Assembly: GCF_006345805.1 (NCBI RefSeq)
Contig: NC_042997.1
Location: 138,074,001 to 138,138,000 of the forward strand
Source of the DNA: Octopus sinensis
Taxonomy: Eukaryota
Reading direction: 5' to 3'
Length of the DNA stretch: 64,000 nucleotides
In this document: piece after piece, positions 46,621 through 60,400 of the stretch
Layout of the letters: the number at the start of each line of letters is the position of its first letter
Numbering within the stretch: the first letter of the stretch is position 1
Position numbers and translations under genes: made by a program
Notes under the pieces: model-generated
Database searches by the model: none
What the model was told of the DNA's origin: nothing
Seen by the model: the letters and a program-made list of their open reading frames with translations, nothing else

Positions 46621-48229
46621 ATATAGACTCAAACATAATTATTTCTTAGAGACATTCATATTTGCTTTGTTTCATTTCTACAGTGAATATTTCAGCTCAT
46701 TGGTTTTATTAAAGGACTGAGAAAGTATACATATTAAAATTGCAGTTTGATTCATTCTTTACTCATCTTGATCTTCTTGTTAATTCATATTTATTTGACA
46801 ATGTACATATATATCTGTAGTGGGAGAAATTGATTTATAAACAACATTATGAAATGTTAGAGTCAGCAGTTGTAACAATAAAAATTTGTTGTTATAATTG
46901 CATGTGTAGGATGTGAAAGATGGACAATGCATGAAGTTTTAAGGAAATATTTGTTTACCGTTACATTGCAATACCTTGCCTCGATGGGCAGGTTATGATA
47001 AATCCAAAAGCATGCGAAGTAAAGTTTGTGTTTGTGTCCTCTTCATTGCTTAGTAGTAATTACAGAGAGAGATAGAATGATGTTGTAAGAGAACAGAATT
47101 AGGCCTAGTGAGGGTTGTAGGGTGTGGAATGTTGTCTCACAGTTGCTGACAGTAAACTTCATTTCTCCCTCTGACCAAGGTTGGTCAGCCAGACTTCATT
47201 GTCACTGAAGTGACTAACTTGTTGAGTCGTCACAGACTGACAGATTTTTGCTTGGGATGTTCTTGCTTTTATAATTATCTAGAAGGATAGATATATCATT
47301 GAGAACAATAGATTTAGTTGGTAATCTTGTTATCTCTATTCTAGCTTTTGGTGAAGTAGATGAGGTTAGAAAGGGTCAAGTGGTAAAGACACTATTTCGG
47401 CTTAGCTAAAGACATCTGGAAAATGTAAAACTTCTGTCAGAGAAAAACCATTGTTCCACTGTGGGGGGGGGGGAGTTCTGTTGCTGTGTTAATTTAAATT
47501 TGGCTATGGTGGATAGAATCCACTTCATGTATGCAAAATCCACTACATCTTTTTTCATTCTGGAGAAAAAATTCTTTCATATCAAATTTTGATTTATTTT
47601 AGACCTATGTATAGTGTATATTAATTTATGGCACATTTAGATTTTCAGTTGTCATTAGGAATAAAAATCCTGTTCAACTTAATTTTCAGTCATGCAGAAG
47701 ATGGAGTGTGCCAATAACTGTCACTGAGAGTTTTGCTGTTCTTATCTGCCTTTGACAATCCAATGTAGTTGTTGCAAAGATTTACGCATAACTGAATGAG
47801 TCCACCAAGTTTTAATGATGTCCTGCATATTAGTTGTTAGTATAAGTAACTATCGCATGCATCAGTTATACTGCAGATTTGATGAGTGCTTTCTTCATTT
47901 ACAAAGTTGAATTCAGTTCCTCTCTAGGACAGAGGTTGGACACTACATGAAACGCTACTTCTCTCCTTTTCTTACTGACAAATTAACATCTTCTACTTTG
48001 GGAACCATTATACAACTCATTTGCTTAACACTTCAGATACCAGATTCGAGTGGTTTGATAATACAGGGAAATCTATAATTTACATAAAAGAATTAAAACA
48101 AATGTACGGGGAAATTTATTTAGGATCTGTTAATCCTCAAAATTATACCATTGTTTTAGATTATAAGGTTGAAGTTATTCTAGGAATATAAGTTTAAAAG
48201 GTTAAAAAGCATTTACCAACAAATTATAT

Positions 48230-48360
48230 CTATTTCCCCCCCACAAACTAGGTTAAATCCTCTCGACCATTTCCCTCTACAGGTTAGAGGTGTGTCTTGG
48301 AAGGGAGATAACTACTATTCAAAGTCCTATAAACCTTAGCATAACTCAACATGGCGGGTT
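48230..48360 (+). promoter_or_regulatory. Candidate COG4 proximal promoter/5' UTR with YY1-like motif over the ATG
   Basis: CAACATGGCGG (48347-48357) resembles the YY1 consensus. CpG-retaining sequence continues to ~50.2 kb before gene-body-type CpG depletion begins. Confidence 0.4.
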
Positions 48361-48461
48361 CGAAAGATGATGCCACGTCCTCTGATATTTTAGAGGCGGC
48401 TGACAAATTAACAGATATAGACAAGATGAAAGAAGCTTTGGATAGACTTTGTCATGAAGAG
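48351..48461 (+). CDS. COG4: COG4 coding exon 1
   Basis: [37 protein letters not shown]|gttagt; ends like human ...ERLCGEE; good initiation context AACATGG. Confidence 0.85.
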
Positions 48462-51400
48462 GTTAGTAAAATAATCCTGTTTGCATCCATATCTATGTTT
48501 GTTTTGATGTATGCCAGATTACATATAATATATATGTACAATTGACAATTAGGTGATTCGATAATTGAAACAGTGCACATGTAAAAATTACCTTAGCAAC
48601 ATATATGACTTACCTGTATTTGTTAGTTGATGACATCGTGAATGTTTCTGTCATTAGTATGTAGTCTATGTTTAATAAAGGATTAATTGGTTGTCAGTTG
48701 ACGAGTTGTACATTTAATTTCCACTAGTGTCTTACGCGTACATTTGTGTATACATAAACACTGACATAATTTATTGAAAGTCTAGTCACCAGCTATCTCT
48801 GCTTTGGTTAACCTAAAATAATACACCTTACGTTACTATTTTACACGTCAATGTGTAATGCAACTTACATAAATTCAAATACAAAAGTATTAAAGTTTGA
48901 AGAATTGTTTGTTTACATCATTATGACCAGTAATGATGTAAAGTTACAGTAATAAACCACCCGATTTCAACCAAGACAGAAGTAGTTTTAACCTCAACAT
49001 ACATTTACAGATGATGTCTTTATAAATATATAAACAAATAGTTTCAGATATTGTAAAAGATTGCACCTATTTCATTATTTCTATTTATACTTTTAATCAT
49101 TTTTTTTTCACGGTCAATTTACCTCTCACCTTTGTTAAGCTTTTCTTCTTTATTATTATTAATTTTTTTATTTAATGTTTCTTTCCCTATACATAACACC
49201 GGATATTACAAACCTCTGATTTATTTTCTGTGCAATATAATAAAATGTTTATGATCAATAAATATTTTTCTGTTGAACAGTATCAAAATCTTCCAGAATA
49301 CGTTTATTAAGAGTAATTATCCCATGTCATTCCTCGATAATCTGTCTTTAACGAAGCATGTTCGGACGTAACACGTTTACCATGGTCAATTTTATAATTT
49401 TGTTTTATATACTACTGGTACTTTAATTAACCGGGAAAGACCAGAAAACTTTAATAGGACTCCATCATAAGAGCCTGTGTCTGTTTTATTCCCACCATGT
49501 CTTCAATTAACCCATTAATGCATAGTGTCTCGAAAACGGGACAAACAGAAAATTAATACGAAGTATTTATTTCAGTTATCTGCTGTTCACACATAAACAT
49601 TTCACAAATCAAAAATACTGTATAATCGTCTTTTTATAACTTTAAAAAAAATTCATATTATTTCCTTGTTATTTATTTGTAATTGTAGAATGAAAATGAA
49701 ATGTTATGGACTGTTGGGTTATTATCTATCATTTATGTTGTACTAGTTTCAGTCGTTGGACAAATCGATCCCGGGTACTTATTTTAAAAAAAAGTCTGGT
49801 ACTTATTCTATCTGTCTTTTATGCCGAACCGCTAAGTTACGGGGATGTAAACAAACCAAAATTAGGTGTCAAGCAGTGAAGGGACAAACACACACACGCA
49901 TACACGATGGGCTTCTACACAATTTCCGTTCACCAAATTCACTTACAAGGCACTGGTCGGCCCAGGGCTGTAGTAGAAGACACTGCAGTGGGGCTGAATC
50001 CGAAACCACTCCGTTGCAAAGCGAGTTTCTTAACCATACAGCTGTAGCTACACCTATTATTTAAAACAAGCTGTGTTAAAGTCAGTGGTATTGCTATTAA
50101 GTTTCTTTACTCACCAAATGTATTAGATTGTTTGTTCTGTCTGGTTTTAATGATGTTACCATCAGGGGGCGGGGTGGGTGGGATATTGAACTTTTTAAAC
50201 CTCCTTCCTAATAGACTCGTATATGATATAAAAACAATTATGTGATAGTTCGGCAGATCTGCCTATCAAGACAGGTAGACTTATCTACCACAGAAAGTAA
50301 CATCTTTGCCATCCCAGTCAGATCTGTCATGCTTGAAAGAACTTATTCAATCGTAATATTCTTGTTACAACAACTATAACTTAGATATTTGTGCTCAGTT
50401 TAACTGACATTGTGATCTGGCACTCACTCTGTTGGTTATGACAACATGGGCTCCAGTTGATCCAATCAATGAAACAGCCTGCTTGTGAAATTAACGTGAA
50501 AGTGGCCTTGCACTTCACAGATATGTGTGCTGTTGACATAGTTCTCAGGGAGATTCAGCGTGACACAGTATGTGACAAAGCTTGTCCTTTGAAATACAAG
50601 TACTACTCATTTTTGCCTGCTGAGTGCACTGGAGCAACATGAAATAAAGCATCTTACTCGAGGACACAATGTGTCACTTGTAATCAAACACATGGCCTTA
50701 TGATTATGAGGTGAATGCCCCTAACCACTAAGGCATGTGTCTTCACAACATTAAGATCAGCAATAGGTAATAAGATAGGTACATCAACATCATGATGTTC
50801 ACATGCTAGCATTGCATGTTTCACATAATTTACATGCTTACCATATCAACCCAATGGTCAAGTGTTCTGTGCTATTTAGCAGAAGATTTTTGGAGGTATA
50901 GACCATTTATAACTATAGCCTTGTTTTGAATAAATACCTGACAGACAAATTACATAGACTTTAAATAAACATATTTCTGGATGTATTATAATGGTGATGA
51001 ATGATATCCCAATACTCTCAACACTTATTATTACAACTTTGCCTACTTCAATGGCACATTTTTGGAAGAATTGCCTCAGTACACTAGAACTGCAATAGAT
51101 GACAGCAGAAAAGGAATGATTCTATCATGTATTAGAGAGGAACACTCTTCATAAAATTTATTACAGGCATGGCTGAACGGTTCAGAAGCTCACTTTGCAA
51201 CCAAGTGGTTTCAGGATCAATCCCATTGTGCAGCATCTTAGACAAGTGTCTTCTACTCTAGTTTGACCAATACCTTGTAGATGAGTTTGGTCGATGGAAA
51301 CTGTCGAAGTTTATCATACATACATACAAGTCATTCATACATATATATGTATGTTTTGTGTTTGTTCCTCCCACAACCATCACATGACAACTACTGTTCA

Positions 51401-54400
51401 TTTGCTTTAGATCTCCCTAACTTAGCAGTTCAACAAAAGAGAACAATAAAATGAGTACCAGACTTTAAAAATAATTACTGGGGGTGATTTGCTTGACTAA
51501 ACTCTTCCAAGACAATGCCCTGGCATGTCAACAGTCCAATGACTGAAATGAGTAAAAGATACATTAAATGATTGCAAAGTAACTTATGCCAGTGCAAAGG
51601 ACTTACTGTGTCATTTGGAAAATTTCAGGAAATCATTTACAGTTTTTCAAATCTGAACCAAACATGAGTAATGTTGCAGTTGATATTCTACTGTATGGCA
51701 TATAAAAACAGACCTAAATATGACACTAAATCAGTGTTTAATGTCCTTGTATAATAATCCTTTCTACTGAAGGCACTAGGCCTGAAATTTGGGGAGAGGG
51801 GACTAGTTGATTACAGTGTTTCACTGGTACTTAATTTATTGATACTGAAAGGATGAAAGGCAAAGTTGACTTCTGTGGAATTTGAATTCGGAACATAGTG
51901 ATGGGCAAAATATCACTAAGTATTTCATCCAGCTCGCTAACAATTCTGCCAGCTTGCTGTTGTAGACATCATCATCATCATCATTTAGCATCTGTTGTCC
52001 ATGTTAGCATGGGTAGGACAGTTTAACAGGGCTGGCAAGCTGGAAGGCTGTACCAGACTCCAGTCTGATTTGGCATGATTTCTATGGCTGGATGCCCTTC
52101 CTAACACCAACCACTCCAAGAGTGTAATGGATGCTTTTACATGCCATGGGCATGGGTGCCATTTGCGTGACACCAGTATCTGCCATGAGTGCAATTTTAC
52201 TTGGTTTGATGGGTCTTCTCAAGCACGACATGATGCCAAAGGTCTCGGTCATTGCCTCCAGGAGGACCAACACTCAAAAGGAGCTCAGCCACTTTACTTC
52301 TGTGAGGCCCAACATTTGAAAGGTGCTTTTATGTGCCAGTTACGTGATTCCAGCATCAACCATGACAATGATTTCACTTGGCACAGCATATCACTAAAGG
52401 TCTCGGTCACTAGTCATTGCTTCTGTGAGGCCCAAAATTCAAAGATCCTGCTTCACCATCTTGTCCCATGTCTTCTTGGATCTACCTCTACCACAAGTTC
52501 CCTCCACAGTTAGAGATCAGCACTTCTTTACACAGCTGTCCTCGTCCATCTACATCACATGACCATACCATCACATTCGTCTCTCTTACATACTACATTT
52601 GATGCCTCTTATGCCCAACTTTTCTCTCAAGATGCTTACACTTTCTTGAACATGTACACTGACATTGCACATCGGGCGAAGCATACTGGCTTCATTTCTT
52701 TCAAGCCTATGCATAACCTCAGCTGTTACAGTCCATGTTTCACTGCTGTGCATGCAGCATAGCTGTTTGCATACAGGTATCATACAATCTGCCTTTCACT
52801 TTGAGAGAGAGGCCCTTTGTCGCCAGCAGAGGTAGGAGCTATCTGAACTTTGCCCAGCCTAATCTTATTCTCACAGCTATGCTCTTGGAGCATCTACCTC
52901 TGCTACTGACTTGGTCACCTAGATAACGGAAGCTATCTACTACCTCTAGCTTACTCCACTGGACTCTATTTTCTGTACATTTTCAGTGTTTATTGTACCT
53001 GTGCATCTTTCACACACAAAAGCTATTTTCCCTGTTAACCTTGATATTGCTACACCTCTTTTGTGTCCAAAGCTTACACTGGGTACATCTTATGGAGTTT
53101 CTAACTATGCCTTTTCTAAAGATCGAGCAGGGCCATTGACCTGAAGGGATTTGTGATTTGTCTGCCTTTCTACTTACAAAGACTTTAGTTTGTGCTAGGT
53201 TAACTTTAAGGCCCTTTGATTCTAGACCTTGTTTCCATACCTGGAACTTCTCTAGTTCTGGTAGTGGTTCAGCTATAAGAACAAAACCAAACTGCATCTC
53301 ATCTAAACTAACTCTCTCCCTAATTAGTTGGGCCATGACCCTCTCTGTAACTTTCATCATCTGATCCAACAGTTTGATACCTCTAATCATTTCTTTCTAA
53401 GGCATCACCTTTACCTTTGTAGCAGTTGACAATGGTGCTGTTACACCAGTCATTGGGTATGACTCCTTTGTGAACCACTTGATTTACAATATGGGTGACT
53501 AGACCATAACCACACTGCCAGATATTTTAAGCATTTCAATAGTGATTCCTGATGGGCTGGGGGCTTTCCCTGTCTTCATATCCTTAATTGCTTTATCTAC
53601 CAAGGTACTGTCGATTTGAGTAGCTGGTCCCTTAATTGGGTCAACATTTGGTACTGATTTGGGTAGCTGGTCCCTTCAATTTGGTCAACATTTGGCAGGC
53701 TCTCCTCCTCCCATTCATTCTCCACATCTAGAAGTCTTTCATAATGGCATTCCCAAGCCTCTTTCTTCGTAGAATCATTAAATGCAAGTTCACCTTCATC
53801 CATGCAGACATATTTCTCTCCTATGACATCCATCACATTTTTCTCTCACACACTGTCTTGCTATCCGAAACACTTTAGTTCTTTGGTGCTCATGTCACTG
53901 AACATAGGCAAACTTCTTTTCTGCTTCTCCCTTAACTAGATATACTTGTCTCCTAGCACCACTTCTGGCTGATACAGTTCCCTGTTATCCCCACTCTTCC
54001 AGGCTTGTTTCTTTGCTCTAATGGCCCTGTCTACAGCATTGTCCCACCACCACGTTACTCTAGGTCTGGATGGGACATTGCACTAGCTGCAGATTTGGTC
54101 TGTGGCTCTCAGCAGTATAGTTTCACATTATATTGGTTCCAAATTTTGGCACAAGGCCAGTAATTTTGGAGGAGGGGGAAGTTGATTACATTGATCCCAG
54201 TGCTCAACTGATATTTATTTTATTGACATTAAATGGCCAGAAATGCATCTCTGGTTGTGAAACAAGATATTTTGGCTTGTCTCAATACTGGAAGTTAAAC
54301 CTATGAGGTATGTTTGGTGCTGTTATTTACTTTAAGCATCTAACTACAGCAATTGAATCAAGAACTTTTCAGAGGGATTACTTAACATCTAAAAGATTTT

Positions 54401-57400
54401 TTCCCTACTACATTTAGCCATTAGATCAATATACTATGGAAACACACACACACACAAAAGTGGTCGTCATCATTATCATCATTTAGCATCTGTTTTCCAT
54501 GCTGGCATTGATTAGATGGTTTGACTAGAGCTGGTAAACTGGAGAGCTGCACCAGGCTCCAATCTGTTTCAACTTGGTTTCTATGGCTGGATGCCCTTTC
54601 TAATGTCAATCACTCTAAAGAGTTTACTGGGTATCCTTTACATGTCACTGAGATGGGTGCCTTTTCTGTGTCACCAACACAGTTGCCTTTTACTTGTCAC
54701 CAGCCACCAAGGTGGATAAGCAAGAACTAAAATATTCAGGAATTAAAATGGTGCATAAAACATTACATACAATATTATCACACTTTGACAATTGACTGAA
54801 AGCTCCTATCTGTGTTGATGCCAGTCCTGTTGGATTGGGTGCCAGAGTTGTAGTTATCTGAAGCTTGAAAAGGTGTATAAGGATGATCTTCAATCACCAG
54901 TAGCTATTGGCAGGGATGTAATAGGAGTATTTAGTTCCCTGGATGCATTCTGAACCTTCACTGTTTGGGTTATTAGAAGGGCAATATCATTTGTTTAAGC
55001 TGAGAACACAGATTAATGGTAGAAATATTAAATGTGATCTATCTTTGCTTTAGGCTGTTTCTTTTGTTTTTGACATAATCTATTAGCCATGAAGTGGTAG
55101 TAGATGGCTTATATAGTTACATTAAATGATAGAATGTGTCTAGTATTAAGATTAGTGGTGTAGTAAGATTTTAATGTCAAGGCATGTTAATTTCTTAACC
55201 ATTACTATACTTAATCACATAAAAGACATACAGGCATATTAGATACACCCTATTTTCAATAGTGCATATTTAGGAAAAAAATCCTTGTTCTGTGAAATAT
55301 TAAATTAATAATGATAAAGTCTTTATTTTTCATTTCAGGAAATTGTCAATGAAGAATTGAACAGCCTGTTAGAGCATCAGTCTTTATTGGAGAATAAAAT
55401 GTTTGCTCTTCATAAAATGCTGTGAGTTAGATTTATATGTTGTTTCTCTTAAGATGGAATTCTGGTTTAAGCACCCGATATAAACTTTTTTTATGTTTTG
55501 GAATTTTCAGAAAAGTTTTGCAAATTTGTGTTCTACATATGATGATGATGATGATATGGGAATTCATATGATTATGCAAAAAAAAAAAAAATTTTTGTGT
55601 GATTTAAGGATGTTTTAGCTGTTCTTATTCATAAATCTCACACCACCTGATACATTCTTCATTTTTTTGTCACTTTGACATGTATTGATGTTTTTCAATA
55701 TTTTTCTCCCCATAAACACATTTAATAGAATGATGATGGACCCAAAGATGGTCCATTGCTGGGATTTAAACAAAAAATTCAGACTATCCATACTTTAAAT
55801 ACTGATTTTTAAAAAATTTGAAAAAGAGTAAAACTTTTAGGATTTATGGGGTGAAGGGGGTCAAAAAATTAAAAGCAAATTTCTTTTTCATAATCATATG
55901 ACTTACCATGTATAGAACATAAATTCCCAAAAAGTTTCTAAAAATTCTGCAAAATAAAAGTTAAGAGGAGTTATATGGAGTGCCTAAACCAGAGTTCCAC
56001 CTCTTTTAATTCTTTTAAATAGTCTAACCATTTAAACTTGTGTTTGAAACTAAAGCATCTGGTTAGATGCAGTTTTAATAAAATCATATCTTTGAGGCAA
56101 GGATATTTTATATGTAATCCTGTTTTATGGTTTTCAGTTACAGTTGTCTTTGATCATTTGTTTCCTGCAGTATTAATTATATATGCTGAATCAGTGTTTC
56201 TAGTCAGTTTATTGGTATAAATTTTTACAAAACTAAGGCTTAGTCCTTTCAAGTCCATGCCTGTTCTGTTATATCTTCATCATTATCATTTAATGCTTGT
56301 TTTCCATGCTGGCATGGGTTGGATGATTTGACTGGAGCTGGTAAGGCTGGGGGCTGCACTAGGCCTCATTGTCTGTTCTGACATGGTTTCTATGGCTGGA
56401 TACCCTTCCTAATGCCAACCACTCCACAGAGTGTATTGAGTGCTTTCTATGTGTTCATAGCATCAGTATGACTGCTTTTTATATGGTACCAGCACTGATA
56501 TCAATTCTGTGGTGGATGGGTCTTCTTGAGTACAGCAATGCACCAGATATCTTGGTCCTTAGTCTTCTCCTTCATAAGGCAATGTCTTATGAAGGAAATG
56601 AGACACTGAGCCTTACAAAGGAGATGATTAAGAACTAAGATATCTGGAGTATTACTGTACTCAAGATATGTATAATATTAAGGATCAGTGAGGGAACCTA
56701 TATGTTATTTGTGAATGGACTACAAATATTAACTAAATCTTTCTCAGATCACACTATCTTGTCAACACTAGTCTTACAAAAGCAAGTATACACTGGATAA
56801 TGTAGCTCTTGATACTAAACAACATGCAATGCTGTGATAATAAGGCGGCGAGCTGGCAGAAACATTAGCACGCTGGGCGAAATGCTTAGCGGTAATTCGT
56901 CTGCTGCTATGTTCTGAGTTCAAATTCCGCCGAGGTCGACTTTGCCTTTCATCCTTTCGGGGTCGATAAATTAAGTACCAGTCATGCACTGTGGATCAAT
57001 GTAATTGACTTAATCCCTTTGTCTGTCCTTATTTGTCTATGTTTAGCCCCTTGTGGGCAATAAAGAAATAAAAGAGCTAAGCTTGATACTTTATTTATTG
57101 CCTAAGATTCTGAGTTCAAATCCTTCTCTCCATGCTGGACTCTCAAAATAAATAGCAGCAAGTATTTTTTTACAAAATGAATTTTATACCTTTAGAAGTT
57201 AATATAACTCTATTATAGTTGCTGATTCTTGACTACTGCTACATAATTAGTTAATTCTCAGTGCTGTTAATTTTTTGTCCCATTGAAACTATAAAGCCTG
57301 TGTTAGGTACATAATGATTTTTTTTGTTACAACTTTAATTAAATTTCTGATCTATTTCAGTCCTAACTTACATGTTCTCGACTCAGATGCCAAGCAACTT

Positions 57401-60400
57401 TCTACTATGATATCATTCACATCAACTTTAGCTGAAAATGTAAGCAGCAAAGTAAGACAGCTGGATGTAGCCAAGGTGAGTTGAAGTGATATTTATTGTA
57501 AAATTGAAGATTTTGTCAATGTTTATGATGACGATGATCATTATTTAATGTCTGTTTTTCATGCTAGTATAGTTGGATGATTTGATAGGAACTGGCAAGT
57601 CAGAAGACTCCTCCAAGCTCTTCTGTCTGCTGTGGCATAGTTTCTGCAGCTAGATGCCCTTCTTAATGCCAACCACTTTGCAGAGTGTACTGGATGCTTT
57701 TTACATGACATCAGCACAAAATTAACTGCTCTAAATTATTTGGTGCAGCTCTCCTTGGTCTTGGCTAGTTCTGAAACTTTTTCATTACAAAATAGATTTT
57801 TTTTTAATTAGTTTTTTTCTAAAAGTAGAAGGATATTTTGATTGAACTAACCCCAGCATTTTACTGGCACTTTTGATTTGTATTTCATTGTTTTCACTTT
57901 CAGAGTCATGTAAGTGATTCTATCCAACGTGTTGAAGATGTGCTGGACCTTAAATTTTGCACTGATGGTGTGCAGTCGGCACTGCAGAATGAAGATTATG
58001 AAAAGGTATGACCTCCGATATTTTTCTTATATGTTTGTTTCTTTATGTATATTGGGATTGTCTGTTTCAGTATAGTGTCTTGCCACTTGTCTCAGTCTTT
58101 TGGAGTCTAATACACAGAGCAATAGAGAAAAACCATCAATCTTTGTGGTTGTTCATGTCATTTTCCTTTTTGAGATGTTTTTTTCTGATTAGATGCCCTT
58201 CCTATCACCAACCCCCTTCGGTATAGGCTTTACGACCAGCAATAGAAAGATTGTCTACCAAAACTAATATTCTGTCATAACATGACTTCAAACCTTGTTG
58301 TGGACAATTTCTTGGCTGCTGTGTTAAATGAATGAAATCTTTTCCATTTCCACGATGGATTTAATTGAAATTTCATCCTGGACTGAGTCAGTTCTTTATT
58401 GGAGCTTCTACTCTCTTAGGCATGAAGAGACTCATGTCTCACTTATGTTTTATTTTTGCCATGATTTTTTACAACTGAATGCCCTTCATGTCTTTAGTCA
58501 TTCATTCACTAGAATCAGAAAAAGTATCCCATACCTGACATGACTTTCTCTGATCTATCTCTATTTGTTCCTTTCTTTTCCACAGAACTGGGTATATAAT
58601 AATAGAGTTAATTTTTATAAATGCCTCTGGTATCAAATAAATAGCCTGAGATGAGGCTGTAGAGAGTTCTCTCCATTCTACATGATATTCATTCTTACCG
58701 GACCTCATGTCAACATGTTAGGCTTGTTTAGCTCTCTGGAGGTTCATGGCAGCAGTAAAGTCTGTTGGGTATTAAGGTCCTCTATTTTAGTCCATAGCAG
58801 CAAGCTGATATGATAGTGTGTTTTATAAACAGATAGTTTTGTATCCTCTCTAATACTATGCCTATGTAATTAGTGTGTTGATATTAGGGCTCATAGTAAG
58901 GCAGCAAGCTAGCAGAGTTGCTATCATGCCAGGCAAAGTTCTTAGTGACATTTCATCTGTCTTTACATTCTGAGTTCAAATTCTGCTGAGGTCAACTTTA
59001 CCATTCATCTTTTCAGGAGTCAATAAAATAAATACTAATTGAACACTGGAGTTGATGTAATTGACTTACCCCTTCCCCCAAACTGCTGGCCTTGTGCTAA
59101 CAGCTGAAGCTGATGTTAGGGTTCATAGTGTCAGTGAAGGCCAGTAACTATAAAAGTTGCCGCTATGTGTTGATATCTCCATGCAACCATGTGGTATAGT
59201 TGGGAGTTTCATAAAGATAACCTAGTATATCCTCTGTATCGTAGGTTATCAAAGGAAAGCCCTTATTGGGATGTAATAGCAAATGTGCTGATAGCTGTCC
59301 CAAGTGTTATCTGTCTAAGCGTTAAGGATATATCTCTCTCTACACTACATGAACATTTGTGGTGAGTGTAATGATAAATGGTATAAAGATGTTAATGACA
59401 GACAGGCCAATGCTGTCTTCAAAGTACAAGGAAGGGAGAAAGAGGGGGTACTCATCATGTTGGTGCTAAGGCTAATAGATCAATAACTGCTAGGCCAACA
59501 TCATTAGAATTTGTAATGACAGTGAAATGGATAGAATGAACTAGCTGTTGGGTGGGGTTTTTAGGTATGCATTGCTATTTCCTGTGATGTAAGATAGTGG
59601 TGGGAGAAAGCGGGAGTTATAGAAAAGAAGCAGAGTGACAGGAATCAGAGTAAGATGGTGATGTAGTAGAGAGTAATAAAACAGAAGTGATGGGAACAGA
59701 GAGTGTGAAAGACAGCTACATGATGTTTGTTGGTAAGGAGAATGAATAGAAACAACATGAGTGGTAGTGATTTAAGTATAAATAATAAACACCCAACTTC
59801 CCTGAATATGTTTGACAATTATTTGTTTGACTCAGAATTTGAAAAACTTCTGAGTCAAACAGACAACAGTGATATGATGGGGGGCAAAGGAAGAGTGGTA
59901 GAAAAGAGACTGGGTGAAGGAAGAGAGAGTAATAAAAGAAAATGTGGGATGAGAGAGAGAATGTGGGAAACAGCATGATATCAAATGTATGTCATCAACA
60001 TCATCATCATCATGATGTGTATGTAAATTTATGTGTGTGTTCTATGTATTTACTCACAATTATATATATGTTTGTATAATATACTTTTATATTTAAAACT
60101 GTTTTAGGCTGCTGGTCATGTCCACCGGTTCCTAAGTCTGGATGAAAATGTTCTAAGAATGGCTGGTGATGCCAGTGAAGGTAAGAGCTTTAACATTTGG
60201 CACATCACTCCCTAATGCTTATTCTCGTTGTTCAGCTGTTGGTAAAACTTTTCATTCATTGTTTCTGAAGAGCCTGTTCTGCTGGAATTGTTTATTCTTT
60301 GTTGCTATCTGGTTTAAAAACACTTTTTTACCTGATATTACCTTAATTTTTTTGTTTTATCTCTTCTTTAGCAACATGTGATCCTCTGTGGCTAATATTG

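Noticed and set aside
47160-47240. Short hairpins (CTGACCAA-GG-TTGGTCAG, GTCAC..GTGAC)
   Set aside because: Short stems with no recognisable RNA family or repeat context.
48608-48616. Strong minus-strand donor CAG|GTAAGTC inside COG4 intron 1 (possible overlapping SF3B3 first exon or antisense RNA)
   Set aside because: Such motifs occur by chance in AT-rich DNA and there is no supporting exon evidence.
58431-58440. Search for a SNORD111-like C/D snoRNA (vertebrate SF3B3 introns host SNORD111/111B); partial antisense match CTCATGTCTC in a COG4 intron
   Set aside because: No C box or adjacent D/D' box. I found no convincing C/D or H/ACA snoRNA by eye in the SF3B3 introns; the guide sequence was recalled from memory, and an Infernal/snoscan search is needed.
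59100-59700. Faint Penelope-like RT traces on the minus strand (LTSLY.., FSFDNLRY..)
   Set aside because: Too degraded to support by eye; needs BLASTx. It would be relevant as a partner of family D if confirmed.
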